Assembly: GCF_009914755.1 (NCBI RefSeq)
Contig: NC_060928.1
Length of the DNA stretch: 64,000 nucleotides
Strand: one strand, 5' to 3'
Origin: the human T2T-CHM13v2.0 reference genome, Homo sapiens
Of the stretch, positions 1 through 12,723 are shown piece after piece (position 1 is the stretch's first letter; every line of letters starts with the position of its first letter). Below the pieces are notes generated by a model. It was not told the origin of the DNA and ran no database searches. It saw only the letters and a program-made list of their open reading frames with translations. The translations under genes and the position numbers were made by a program.

Positions 1-1001
1 ACTAACAATGTAGTACAAAGGCAAAGAGGAAGACGTAGGATTCCAGGGAAACAGAGAAAAAAGATTTAACGGATCCACAGTAGCCCCCAGGCAGAAAGAG
101 GTGAATAAGAAAGTCATCAGAAGAGCAAGGGTCCTCCACAAAGCACTTGCTGGAAGCCACCACAAATGTGGAGAAGATGGGGCTAGTTGAACAAGGTGGA
201 CACACTCTTTCCCCTGTCCTGTCTATGATGATCACTGCTTTCCACATTTTTCTGACATCTATGTTTGCAATTATCTCAGGAACTGTGCACCTTATCTGCC
301 TCTAGGGAAGGAAGAGAGTAACTTAGGGAAATGAAAATAAGACAAGTGGCCCCGTGGAGATCTTTCTGAGTTCAGGACAGCCTGGTTACCACTATCAGAA
401 GAGCCCATCTACAGAGCATCAGAGAAATGAATGTCAGATCACCTGGGGACACTGGTGGAGTATATATCTGTTCCCTGGTTTTACCTTTGCCATTGTATGC
501 ACAGGCAGAAAGAGGTTATATATCATTACAAAAAGCTGGAGGAAACCTAGAGAGGTTCAATTCTTATTTCACTATGGTCGGCTTCTATCTTTCAGGAAAC
601 TGCTTTATACCTTTCGTTCACTTGAAAACAGTCTGAAGATAAAAATATTTTCCCAAACGATTTTAACAGGCTCTAAAGAGCAAATTCAACTTCAAAAATC
701 AACAAAAGGAGCACAAACATGCACAAAGTTGACTCCGCCATTTCATGATCAAATTATAGAGGAAACTTTTATTTTACTTACGTAATATTTTTCATACAAT
801 AGAAGAAGGTGATAAAATAGATTACCTTTTATCCGGTAAGAGAAATAGAAGCCTGACACCATTTCAGGATTTTCCATGTTTTCTTTTCTCAAATTTCATT
901 CAGAAGAAAAACAGTTTGCACACTTATGATTAAAGAAAAAAAAGTGCTGTTTCAATCATTTAATATAACCCACATAACTTAATGTTTTTGTGCTTAATTA
1001 A

Positions 1002-1300
<299 letters not shown>

Positions 1301-1394
1301 TGTTTGTATTAATTTTCTTCCAAATGCCGAAAAATTACAAAGTATTTCACCTCTGATACAGCAAAAAGTCACTTTAACTTGGTTCTTTAGATAC

Positions 1395-1620
1395 TGTCTT
1401 AGTACATTTGGGTGGTATTACAAAATTCCTTAAACAAGGTAGCTTATAAACAACAGACATTTATTTTGTTATGGAGGCTGGAAAGTCCAAGATCAAGTCA
1501 GATTTGGTATCTGGTGAGGGTCAACTTTCTGGATCATAGATAGCGACTTCCTGCCGTGTCCTCACATGATGGAAGAAACGAAAAAGCTTCGTTGGGTCTC
1601 CTTGATAAGGGTATTAATCC
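1395..1620 (-). mobile_element. MaLR LTR fragment (MLT1A/MST-like)
   Basis: tgtcttagtacatttgg...ataaacaacagacatttatt...ggaggctggaaagtccaagatcaag is the typical reverse-strand MaLR LTR 3' end. Confidence 0.8.
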
Positions 1621-1921
1621 CTGAGGATTAGTACATGAGGGGATATCGCAGATATGAGAATAAACCAGTAAACACATGATTTGTATCTAGATGTGAAACT
1701 ACCTAAATGGAAATCCAAGTATTTTTGTCTGTTTTGTTTGTTTTTAATCCAAGCTGGGCTTTAAAATGGAAATATCTTGTTAAAAAACTCACAGGTTGAG
1801 TCTTTTAAAACAAACCCCTCTTCATCAATGACAAAGAAAATGGGCTTAGCATTTTTATTTCTGGGATGAAAAGAATAATTCCCAGCTTCTCATCTCAGGC
1901 TGAAATTTCTAATCAGAAGCC

Positions 1922-2223
1922 CAGTGGTCGGAATATTTTCTACAAATAGTCATATAGCAACTACTTTCACCTTTGCAAGCCATTCATTCTTTGTCACAAC
2001 TACTCAACTCTGCTATTGTAATTCCAATCAGTAACAGGCAACACATGCAGAGATGTTTACTGAAACTTTATTTATGAATGCTAAAATTTAAATTGCATAT
2101 GATTTTTTAATGCTATAAAAGTGTTTCCCAATTACTGAAAAATTTTAGAAACCTTATCTTGTGGGGAGTACAAAACCATTTTCTTGGTTGGATTTGACAC
2201 ATGGGCCTAAATTTGAATCCCTG
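1922..2223 (+). mobile_element. MER58(B)-like hAT-Charlie non-autonomous DNA transposon
   Basis: tgtcacaactactcaactctgctattgta, aaactttattt and terminal gatttgacacatgggcctaaatttgaatccctg match the remembered MER58 consensus. Confidence 0.75.
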
Positions 2224-5151
2224 CACCATAAAATGAAATCCATTTGAGATTGAAACATACTTATAACTTTAACAGGCATGAAATGAAAACAAAATGAAAC
2301 AAACAACAGATAAGCAAACGAAAAACTTATTTTATTTTTTTTGCAACTAATTGTTTTTCTAAATCCAAATTGAATTAGAATTATTCCATGATATTGACAT
2401 CTGTGGCAAGTTTAAAGATATATTTTTAATTCCTGGGACAATCTGTACTTATTAGATGTTTAAAATATTTGTGATATCTGTTATGTAATATTTGGCCTTT
2501 TTATTACAATTAAAGATGCATCATTTTAGACATGTGATTTCATTTACAAGATATAAAAGAATACAGTAAATTTTAATAGTACCAAATGTTTGACAGCACT
2601 TGATTTTCTAGAACCGTAACATCAGTATTAATTCACGAGAATAATTAAGTTGCTAGGAAAATTATTTTGATTAGTAACTGCCTTGATAGTCATTTAAAAA
2701 ACAAACACTAAATACATTTAATATCCAAATGTATTTAATGTCCAAATTCCCTTAAGTGTTTAAGGGAATTTAATTAAGTTGTAAAATGAACCAAATATTT
2801 CAAAAATTGTAATCATTTCAACTTATTGATCTAATAGTTTAAGATCTCTACATTATTTCTTTTAATTTTTTAAATTAAAAATGTAAATACATTTAGAACA
2901 TGAACGTAAAACACTTAAGGAAAACTACATTTTGCATTCATGATTTTAATGAATTGAGTAGCTTAAAATATTCATATGAGGAAATAAACACCTATTGTTT
3001 TCTCTATGCTCCAAAAACCACTTTTGAGGGAAAAATTAATTCACTTGACAACCTTAATATGTTTTCTATAAAAACCTGCCAGAAAGCATTATTAATAATT
3101 ATTAACTTTGAATATGCTGTATTTGCTATTATGGTTATTACCATTAAGTCAACTAAATTAGAAATAATTAAAAATAGGAGAATAAATAAGTAAAATCAAC
3201 AAGATCCATTAAAAAGGAAATATTTAAATATTTTCCTAAGTACGGTCTGGAGACTGTATGGTTTTTATGATTATGAGGGAAAGATATATTCATAAATATA
3301 GTTTCAAAAATCAGTAAAACATTTACAAACATATACGTATCACATAAACATAAATAGGCACAGTCACACATGCATATTGGAATATGTCTTTCCAAATTTT
3401 CTGTATGAATATCTTTTGCTTACATGGTTTACTGTCATATTCTATACATAATTGGGCATGAAAATTTTATTTTTTAATATTTTATTAAATTTCATACACA
3501 TTGAATACAATTTCAAAGTATAAAAACAAAATGAAGATATCCTAAATACTAATAATAAAATTAAACCACTTTTTAAAATCTTCATTATTACTGAAATAAA
3601 ACCAGTAAAATATTATTTTTTATATATATTTTCTTTTTCTCCCACTTTATGCTTTGGATCTGTAATGATTAAAAACTCAGTTTTTCTAACCTTACAAGTC
3701 TCTGCTTTATTATATTCACAGTTTTGAGTATGATTAATTGACAATCTCAAAAAAAGAGTATCTGTTTTAGGAAGGATTGATTTTTCTTCTCTCTGTGCTT
3801 CTACAGAAGTAGTTTGAAAGCAAGTATAATGTTTTTCACTGTCGGCTGCAACAAACTGAACCACTTTAGCATTTCTTTTTTTTTTCACCTTGGTCTTCTA
3901 ATGTTTTAGCCACCCTCAGCAAGTGATATAATCAACTCTTTCTGTATCGTTGAACAAGGGACAACAACTACCGGTTGCAAGTCACCAAAAACATGGTGTG
4001 ATTAGTGTGCTATCACTAATTTCATGGATTCTCTGATTCGTTTCTCCTTAACATAGGGGCTTTTTATTTCAGGCTGGCTTCTCTTATGGTAGCTTAATGT
4101 ATGCAGCAATGGCAGTCCTGATTTCTGCTTAACATTCCACCAACAGCAAGAGAAAGAAAGCCCCTGTGAATCCAAATTCCCATCAATACTCCTGAAAGTT
4201 AGTATCATTGAATCAATCAATATTAGTGTCCAGTAGGATGAAATGACCTGTTTGTTTGTTTGTTTGTTTGTTTTACAAAATATGCTATGAATATGACTCT
4301 ACTTGGATCTCCAAAAGATGTTGGAAACTATTGATTGGTGTCCCTATAGCAATTGATTGGTATCCAATATAGTCATCGTTTTTACACATTACCTGTGAAA
4401 ACTCCAAAGCTTAATTACTGCTTCTGTGAGGTTATAAAATAAGTACTGATATTCAAACCAATTAAAGTTAAGCTAATTTTAAGAAGCCATTGTTGAAATA
4501 AATGTAAACTTGAAGGAAAGTTTTAAAATGTACAAGTTAAACTTCTATTTTAACATTATCAGAAATAGTTTTGCCTTTCTATTAACCTTTTCCATATTTA
4601 CCTCATTTTGTCATGCCTATAGTTCAAAAAAGATTTGTTGACAAGTTTAGGGGAAATTTGGAACAAAATCCTCTTGTCAGTTAAGACCTAGGACAAGTCT
4701 TCTTCCAGATAGAAAGTACTAATAAGTTTTAACCATTTTTTTTTCCTAAAGCAAGTTATACTCAAACCAAATTACTGATCTCTTTCTTTATCTGTATACC
4801 TACTATAAAGAATAAATAACTAATGTAAAGCCTTGGCTTTTGATGTCTTCAATCATTTCACTCTCCAACTTTTAAAACATATTCAGGGATTATCAGTAAA
4901 TTTCTATATCAATTCAAAATGTATGACTTCAGAAATATCAAAGACTCTACCCTCTTCAGTCCCATTTGCTGAAATAGTGCCTCCAGAATTCCTACCAAGG
5001 TCTTCCTTTAGAGCTGTCAGGCACTTTCTCAAAGTTGATTGCCACCACTTCTATTTCCACATCCTGGGATCATGTGGACTGTTCATGTCTCTCACCTTTA
5101 AGTAGAGAGTTCGGGCACCATGGAAAATAATTTGGTTATTGTACATCAGAG

Positions 5152-5530
5152 GTGTAATGAAGTGGCTGACTCCATTTTGTGGTGTTTGACTGCTCATGGT
5201 TTTCAAGCACAGTTCCTCTTCTCCTTGTGCCTTACATCTGGGTAAGTGGATGAGAAAGTCCAGGTTCTCTCTCCTTTTGCACTGGCAAGAAGTTCAAATC
5301 ATGTAAGTTCAGGCCCCTGTAGGAATCCTCATTCCAGCTCTGCCCTTTAAATATTTAAAAACTCCAAATCACTTTTTACCTGGATCTCTCAAATCCTTTT
5401 CACACCTGTTTGGGAAGTCAGCTCTGCATCCCATGTAAGTCTTATTATGGGAACATTTTATAACCTTTTCGTGCACCTGTAGCATCATCAGTGTCAACAT
5501 CCAAACAAACTTTTGGAGAAGCAGTCACGT
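5152..5530 (+). mobile_element. Possible old solo LTR (family not assigned)
   Basis: Starts tgtaa, contains gactccattttg and a TATA-like element (tttaaatatttaaaa); LTR-like size; no clear TSD. Confidence 0.4.
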
Positions 5531-5541
5531 AAAGAGTTGGT

Positions 5542-5708
5542 GACCAGATGCGATTGCTTATTCCTGCAATCCTAGCTACCTAGGAAAATGAAGTGGGATG
5601 ATGACTTGTGTTCAGGAGTTAGAGGCTGCAGTGAAATATAATTGCACCACCCCACTCGAGCCTGGGCAACAGAGTGAGATCTTGTCTCAAAAATTGAAAA
5701 ATAAAAAG
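5542..5708 (+). mobile_element. Old Alu monomer (FAM/FRAM-like)
   Basis: cctgcaatcctagctac...ggctgcagtga...gcctgggcaacagagtgagatcttgtctc followed by an A-rich tail; single diverged monomer. Confidence 0.8.
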
Positions 5709-5894
5709 CCAGGATGAGTGAAACTGACTATCTATGTTTTGTTTAGTTTAGTTTAGTTTTGTTTTGTTTTCTTGCAGGGCATAAGGAAGCACACTGAGTT
5801 TTGAATACCTTCCAATGGAGCACAACAAAACTCACAATATTTTTGGAGCTCTATAGCGTGCTCTCTCTGAACCAAACATTCAATGCTATATTAC

Positions 5895-5948
5895 CTTAAA
5901 AGAAAAAACTTTAGACAAATTAAATTTAAAACCATTTAATTTAGCAAA
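5895..5948 (-). mobile_element. MER57-like ERV1 LTR, piece left of the provirus
   Basis: ttaaaagaaaaaactttagacaaattaaattt...ttagcaaa continues into agcaaagaac... after 13106 once the provirus and one TSD copy are removed. Confidence 0.65.
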
Positions 5949-6341
5949 TGTAAGATTCTCCCCCCGGCCAGAAAGCTTAAGGAGATGAATAACTCTTCCC
6001 TTCACAGGCCCAGTCCCAAGGCACAAGGCCACTTGCGTCAGCAAGATAGAAGAAGCAGGAAGAGAGCCGGCCCAAGACACCTACCCTGGCCAGAAGACAG
6101 GTACCCCTGAAGATTGAGACAGAGGCTGTCCTTGTACAACGTAGCAGTTATGTCAGACCAGGACACTTCCTGTTTACAGGAGACTGTAAAACTTTGGCCT
6201 GGTCCTCACCTGGGGCTGACTCCATTTTAGGCCTCAGCCTGCCTGCGCCCAGGCACTCATTAAAACAGCATGTTGCTCCACACCACCTTGTGTTTTCTGT
6301 TGGCACACTCTCAGGATTCGAACTAATACAAGAGCCTTACA
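5949..6341 (+). repeat. 5' LTR (MER48-like)
   Basis: TGTAAG...CTTACA termini; TATA-like ctgtaaaa near 6184; ATTAAA polyA signal near 6259; homologous to 12724-13106. Confidence 0.9.
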
Positions 6342-6343
6342 TC

Positions 6344-6361
6344 TCACGCCAAAACCTGGGA
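6344..6361 (+). promoter_or_regulatory. Degenerate primer binding site, tRNA-Phe type
   Basis: tcacgccaaaacctggga vs tRNA-Phe PBS TGGTGCCGAAACCCGGGA, 13/18 identical, 2 nt after the LTR. Confidence 0.7.
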
Positions 6362-6757
6362 GGGGCTCAGGTCTGCGTCCCTCATGGACCTACCCCTCCA
6401 CCCTGGAGAGCAGGCCACAGCAGCCCGATAAAGGAAGCTCCTCAGCCTCCAGTCGCCATTGCATGCATACATGTCGGTCACTGACTTCGCCTACTGTTAA
6501 GTTTCCCCAGGAGCCCGGTTAACAGGGAAAATTCCACATGGCCTCTGTTGGTTTCTCTGGTCCAAAAATCTAACATTGGTCCAAGAAGGTTCCAGGGTGT
6601 GCCATGCACTCGCTGATCATTTGTTCTTAGCCTCTAAGCCATTTGATCCCATTCCAGGAATGAAAAAGGCAGCAGTTACAATTGCTCCTTTTATCATCTC
6701 CCTCTGGCCGTCCAGGACGGTCTCCTTTTCCCTATTCTTCTGAGCCTACCTTCTGTT

Positions 6758-8608
6758 ATGGGAAACTCCTAGTCCTCCATTCCAAAAAACTGCCCTCTAG
6801 ACTGCCTCATAAAAAACCTGCAAACCTTAGGCTTCAGGCAAATTATCCACCCTAAGCTCCTTGTCTTTTTTTGCAATTCAGTCTGGCCACAATACAAACT
6901 AGATAATGGGTCCAAATGGCCTGCAAATGGAACATTCGACTTTACAATTTTAACTGATTTAAGCAATTATTGCCGAAGACTGAAGAAATGGGGAGAAATT
7001 CCTTATGTCGAGGCCTTTTTGCACTCAGATCACAACCTGACCTCTGCAATTCTTGCTCACCTGTTCAAATTCTTCTCCTCCATTCTTACTGCCCTGATCC
7101 TTTCTCCTCTCTTTCTCCTCCGGACCCTACCTCCTTTTCCTCGTTAGATCCAGCAGACTGTTGCCCACCCCTCCCAGCACTTACCTCTCCCTCTCAACCA
7201 TCTTCTTTAACCCCCCAAAGCCTCCTCTTTATCGTATCAGCCACCATCTTCCCAGATACCATCTTCTCAGCCGCCACCTTCCCAGCTGCCATTTTCCCAG
7301 CCACCATCTTCTCAGCTGCCATCTTCCCAGTCAACTGTATCCACTTCTTTTCCTACACTGTCCCCTCCTCAGGACAATTCTAGTATTGCCTGTACCCATT
7401 CTCCTCCCACACTGCCCTCTCCTGAGGCTTGTAAACCCATCCTGCCACCTTACACCCCTATGTATTCTCCACTGCCTGTTAACTCAACCCACTTCCCCCT
7501 TCAAACCTGCAGCAGGAACCACTTCCAGGTTTCTCCTTCTCTCCCACCCATACTCGCTCAGGTGCCATCTTTGGCCCCATGACCCACCCTTACTTCAGGG
7601 CCAGTGCCAGAATGTCCCCTTTGGGAAGTAGCAGGAGCTGAAGGTATTGTTAGCAGTCATGTTTCCTTCTCCCTCACTGATCTCTCTCAAATTAACAAAA
7701 GACTCGGTTCATTTCCAGAAGACCTTACCTTTTAAATTAGGGAATTTCAGTACCTTACCAAGTCTTATGAACTAACCTGGCATGACCTCTACATAATCCT
7801 CTCTTCCATCCACACCATAGAAGACTGAGACTGTAAGTGGACCCTAGCTCAGGCACATGTTGATACCATTCATCACCAGGCCCCTGCCCAGCCTACTAGC
7901 ATAGAGGCAGTCCCCAAATAGGACCCCCACCAGGACTATCAAGATGGGGCCTCTGGAGGCCACCGTCGAGACCACATGATTGTGTGTCCCCTAGCAGGAC
8001 TCAAAAAGGGTACCCATAAAGCAGTAAACTATGAAAAACTTTCAGAAATCACCCAAGGTCCTGATGAAAACGCAGCGCTTTTTCTCTCTCATTTAACTGA
8101 AGTCATGAGAAAGTATACGAACCTAGAACCAGTCAGCCCAGAATGAACCACCACCTTAAACCTTTGATTCATTTCCCAATCCACCCCCGATATTCAGCAC
8201 AAGCTTCAGAAGCTTGACAACGGCCCTCAAACCCCAAAACGAGACCTTCTTAATTTAGCCTTCAAAGTCTTTAACAATCATAATGAGGAAAGAAAGAGGC
8301 AAAAACAGACAGAGTTTCAAATGCTTGCCTACACCATCAGGGGCCCTGCAGGCCCACAGGGCTGCAGCTCCACGCGGAAGCCTCCTAGAAATCCAGCTCC
8401 ATCTGGCACGTATTTCAAGTGTGGCAGTGAAGGCCACTGGTCCAGACAATGCCCAAACCCGGGTAAGCCCACCAGGCTGTGCTCCCTCTGTGGAGGACCT
8501 CACTGGAAGTTGGACTGTGAGCAGCCCCTGCAAGGACTGCCCCCATCCCTTCCCAAGCCAGCGAAAACTTCCTACTGAGATCTCATCGGCCTTGCCACTG
8601 AAGACTGA
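6758..8608 (+). pseudogene. gag: Retroviral gag pseudogene
   Basis: ATG GGA AAC (MGNS*, myristoylation-type start with an early stop); WPANGTFD matrix motif; QGPDEN MHR-like segment near 8050; two Cys-His boxes YFKCGSEGHWSRQC and CSLCGGPHWKLDC; ends GAAGACTGA; many stops and frameshifts. Confidence 0.9.
7238..7330 (+). repeat. 15-bp tandem repeat x6 within gag
   Basis: Units cagccaccatcttcc / cagataccatcttct / cagccgccaccttcc / cagctgccattttcc / cagccaccatcttct / cagctgccatcttcc. Confidence 0.95.
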
Positions 8609-11600
8609 CAGTGCCCTGGAACAGATGCCCCGGCAAGTATCATTGCTTCATCCAAGCCAAGGGTAACCCTGATGGTGGCAGGTAGGCCAGTATGTTTTTT
8701 CATTAATACCAGACCAACCTACTCTGCTTTACCTAATTTTTCAGGACCCACCCAGTCCTCCCAAGTCTCTGTTGTGGGAATTGATGGATAAGACTCGAAA
8801 CCCCAAGTCCCCCCTCCACACTTCTGCTCCCTTCACACCTTTTCCTTCACTCACTCTTTCTTAGTCCTGCCCTCATGTCCAACTCCACTCCTAGGCAGAG
8901 ACATCCTTCCAAAACCCCACACTATTCTCCACTTCCACGTTCCCCATAGTACCCAACGCATCAACCCAGACCCCTCTGGGGCTTCTAACTTTCTTCTACC
9001 CCTCCAACCTCCCACCTTAAAACATGCAACTTTTCCTGTTCCCCCATCCGTAGTTAACCCCTCTGTTTAGGATACTTCCACACCTTCAGTCACAGAACAC
9101 CACACTCCCCGTCCACATTATCCTTAAAGAGCCCACCCAGTTCCTATCACAGAAGCGGTATTCCATCCCCCAAGCAGCTCTCATAGGCCTACAGCCTATC
9201 GTTTCTTGCCTCCTCACCAGTCACCTACTCCGCCCAAAAAACTCCCATTTTTAACACACCAGTTCTACCTGTTAAAAAGCCAGATGGAACTTGTCGCTTA
9301 GTCCAGAACCTCAGGCTCATTAACCAAGCTGTCTAGAAGTTCCTAACCCATATACTTTACTTTCTGCAGTTCCCTCCAATACCACCCATTTTTCTGTTCT
9401 AAACTTAAAGGATGCTTTCTTCACAATTCCTTTACACCCTAATTCCCGAAACCTCTTTGCCTTTATGTGGGAAAACCCCGACACCCACCTTTCATGTCAG
9501 CTCACCTGGTGCATACTAACTCAAGGTTTCAGAGGCATCACCCACATTTTTAGACAGGTCTTTGCTTGCGACCTCTGTACTTTATCCCTAACACCATCCA
9601 CTCTTCTTCGATGTGTTAATGATCTCCTGTGTAGCCCTTCTCAAAGAGACTGCAACACCCATACTATCTCTCTCTTTTAACTTCTGGGCAGAAAGGGAGT
9701 ATTGGGTCTCCCCCAAGAAAGCACAGATATGCACCACCTCAGTCACTGTCTAGGTCTAGCTCTTACCCTGTGAACCCGAGGGCTCACAGCCAACCACATA
9801 TCCCTCCACCAGTCCCTCCTGCCTCCAGAGACTAAGCAAGAAATTCTCTCTTTTAGGACTAGTGGGATGTTTTAGGCTCTGGGTTCCCTCCTTCACTCTA
9901 CTTGCCAAACTATTATACCAAGCTGCTAAATGCTCTCTCTATGAGCCTTTAAAACCTGCACAGCCTATTACCCAACCTTTCTGTCTTCTCCAAAAGGATC
10001 TCATCTCAGCCCCCATCCTCACTCTCCCAGACCTCACCAAGCTTTTCTCCCTCTATACCAACAAACAGCGTGGAGTTGCACTAGGTGCTCCAACCCAGTC
10101 TAAGGGGTCCAACCTCCAGGTTATCACCTACCTCTCCAAACAGCTTGAAACCACAGTTCTCAGATGGCCTGCCTGCCTCCAAATCACCATGCTAACCAGC
10201 TCCCATGTAAACCCGGCCATGCTCTTACCTGAAGCTACAACCACCCAACACCCTACACACTTCTGTGTGAACACTCTTCAAACCTTTCTTATACCTTTTC
10301 CAAACCTAACAGACCAACCCCTTCCAGATGCCTCCTTTATTTGGTTTATAGATGGCAGCTCCTTTCTACATCAAGGATGCTCGCATGCTGGTTATGCTAT
10401 AGTGTCACCCCCAACACACACTATTGAAGCCAATCTGCTCCCTCTAGGTACCACCTCCCAAAAAGCTGAACTCGTTGCTTTCACTCGAGCTCTCACTCTA
10501 GCAGCCAGACAACAAATTAACATATATTCAGGTTCTCATTATGTATTCCATATAGTACACTCACACTCGTCTATCTGGAAAAAACCAGTTTCCTAACTAC
10601 AAAAAAACACTCCCTGTCATAAATGGCTCCCTCATCAGAAAGCTCCTCCAAGCTACTAGACTCCCACAGAAGGTTGCCATCATTCATTGCAGGGGCCACC
10701 AAATGCCAGACAATCCTATATCAGCTAGAAATGCACTAGAAGATCAGGTAGCCAAGCAAGTAGCCCTACAACCTGTGCAAAGCCAGTTTCTGTCCCTGTC
10801 CTTGTTCTCACCTCTTTACTCCTCAGAAGAAAAGGAGGACTTCCAAGCCCAAAACCTTCAAAAGCAAGGACCATGGTATGCCAAGGAAGGGCGCTTCATT
10901 CTTCCTCACTCTCAAGGCCTTCCTCACCTCCAAAGGTTCTACAACTCTTTCCATGTTGGTTAAAAACCTCTCTTGCAACTTCTCTGCCCTATTCCACTTG
11001 TCCTTACCTTTCCAGCCATGTTTGAGAAATCACCCAGTCCTGCTCTATCTGCCACTCAGTTTCACCCCAGCACTCCCTCCAGCTGCCACCTTTTCCTACT
11101 CACCAAGCCTGGGGCCAGATACCTGGTCAAGATTGGCAAGTAGACTTCACTCGCTTGCCTCCTGATAAATGGCTCTGCTATCTTCTAGTCTTTGTCTGTG
11201 CTTTCTCCGGGTAGGTAGAAGCGTTCCCAACAAACTTTAGAAGGTGCAAATATCATCACACAAACTCTCATCATGCATGTAATTACCAGTTTCAGACTCC
11301 CAACATCCATCCAGTCCCATAATGGGCCCGCCTTCATCAGCCAAATTACCCAAGGTGTCTCTACACCCTCAAGAATAAAGTAGGTTCTCCACACACCCCA
11401 CAGGCCTCAATCTTCAGGCAAAGTTGAAAAAAGGAACCCTGTCCTTAAAGCCCAACTCACCAAGCTGGCTCTAGAAACCCACCAGTTGTAGACAAAAAAT
11501 CTCCCTTTCACCCTCATGACACTCCATGCAACACCAAAGCCATACTTTTTTTATAGTCCCTTTGTAATCATGTATGGCAGAACTTTTGTCTTGGGGCCTC

Positions 11601-11920
11601 CACCCTTACCAGACTCTGAGCCACTCAGGAATTACCTCTCCTCCTTAATCCAGACACAGTTTTTCATTCGTGAAGTAGGAGATGAGGCCATGCCTATCCC
11701 TGTTGACACCTCCTTGTCCTCTCAACATAACTTTTTTGCAGGCACAGACATGTTTATCTGCCCGACCCTCACCCAAAGGCTACAACTGAAATGGACAGGC
11801 CCCTACACTGTGATACTCAGCACGCCAACTGCAGAGAGAGTCCAAGGACTCCCTAACTGGGTCCATCACACCAGGGTAAAGCTCACCCCCAAGGCTACCC
11901 CTTCCTCCAAAACATTAACA
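8609..11920 (+). pseudogene. pol: pro-pol pseudogene (protease, RT, RNase H, integrase)
   Basis: FINTRPTYSALP (decayed DTG), PVKKPDGTCRLVQNLR, CVNDLL (decayed YVDDLL), WFIDGSSF, TSQKAELVAFTRAL, GQDWQVDFT, PQSSGKVEK, WTGPYTV. Confidence 0.93.
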
Positions 11921-12618
11921 GCGGGTAACACCCTTGGAGTCCCTGTATGTAATAACCTAAACAAAGAAAAATGATCCTTAAAGGTAAGAGGAAGCCAAAG
12001 ATGGCAAGGGGATGAATGACCTCCACAATGGATCATCGAGTAGAACAGTCCTGCCACTTCAGCTGAGGATGGTTCATGGGGTTATTGCACTCCTATATAT
12101 ATGCTAAATAGAATAATTAGACTACAGGCTGTTCTAGAGATAATCACTAACCAAACCGCCTCAGCCGTAGAAATGGTCACACAATAACAAAACCAAACGC
12201 GTGCAGCAATTTATCAAAACAGGTTAGCACTAGACTACTTATTAGCAGAAGAGGGTGGAGTCTGTGGTATGTTTAATATCTTTGATTGCTGTCCTAAAGT
12301 TAGACGATAGTGGAAAAGTGGTTCCGGAAATCACTTCAAACATCAGAAAAGTAGCTCATTTACCAGTCCAAACCTGGAAGGGATAGGACCCAACAAACCT
12401 TCTAGGAGGGTGGTTCTCCAATTTAGGAGGATTTAAAATGCTGGTAGGGACAGTAATCACTGAGCTCCTCCTGTTTCTCCCGTATTATCCCACTGATAAT
12501 AAAAGCCATTACAACTCTTGTTGAACCTACACTTAATCAGCAGACAATCCAGATGATGCTCGTGCTACAACGGCATGATAGATACAAACCCGTCTCTCAA
12601 GAATACAACAAAAATTAA
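11921..12618 (+). pseudogene. env: env remnant: last residues of SU plus TM
   Basis: [31 protein letters not shown], immunosuppressive domain [18 protein letters not shown]6CC motif [10 protein letters not shown], hydrophobic anchor; several stops. Confidence 0.9.
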
Positions 12619-12723
12619 GTTTTTCTTTCTCCAAGGTGCCTACTCCACCCCAATGTTACCCCTGAAGTAGTTATTGAGAAAGTCGCCCCTTTTCCCTTTT
12701 TTCTATAACCAAATAGACAGGAA

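Noticed and set aside
4330-4372. Duplicated attgattggt (twin CCAAT) as a promoter
   Set aside because: A short degenerate tandem duplication with no CpG island or downstream gene evidence
6970-7631. ORFs with His-rich or ATIF-repeat peptides as novel proteins
   Set aside because: They are alternative or shifted frames over the 15-bp gag tandem repeat
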